This document shows, one piece after another, positions 43,973 through 43,988 of a stretch of DNA of 43,988 bases. Under the pieces are notes generated by a model, which did no database searches, was not told the DNA's origin, and saw only the letters and a list, made by a program, of their open reading frames with translations. The stretch's first letter is position 1; each line of letters opens with the position of its first letter. The position numbers were made by a program, and so were the translations under genes. The DNA is from Haliea sp. Lineage in GTDB: Bacteria > Pseudomonadota > Gammaproteobacteria > Pseudomonadales > Halieaceae. The stretch spans positions 1 through 43,988 of the forward strand of contig JBFHFJ010000001.1 in the NCBI GenBank assembly GCA_041583655.1, written 5' to 3'.

Positions 43973-43988
43973 GAAATTTCCGTAATCC

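Overview
GC-rich bacterial chromosome segment, probably a marine gammaproteobacterium of the Halieaceae/OM60-NOR5 type (inferred from gene content only). Left part (1-12.9 kb): a class I DAHP synthase that breaks into unrelated sequence at the window edge, a GPH-type MFS transporter, a double zinc-ribbon protein, a three-gene c-type haem cluster (dihaem cytochrome c, CCP/MauG-family enzyme, beta-helix/cytochrome c fusion), a histone H1-like protein, a PQQ aldose dehydrogenase with a premature stop, hemN with an FNR-type box, and a large S8 protease lipoprotein. Right part (12.9-44 kb): a ~30 kb catabolic island bracketed by two TetR genes. It encodes two Baeyer-Villiger monooxygenases, beta-oxidation enzymes, two CoA ligases, three SDRs, a GST, two TonB-dependent receptors, an MFS transporter, a MaoC/MaoC/DUF35/atypical-thiolase module, a cyclase-family hydrolase, and two large exported Ig-like/monohaem-c/beta-propeller proteins of unknown function. 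A 16-bp palindrome, TCAACA-N4-TGTTGA, occurs nine times (plus one degenerate copy), only in the island's promoter regions, which defines a probable TetR regulon for an unidentified substrate. No rRNA, tRNA, CRISPR array, integrase or transposase was recognised. All calls come from manual motif reading; no database search was run.
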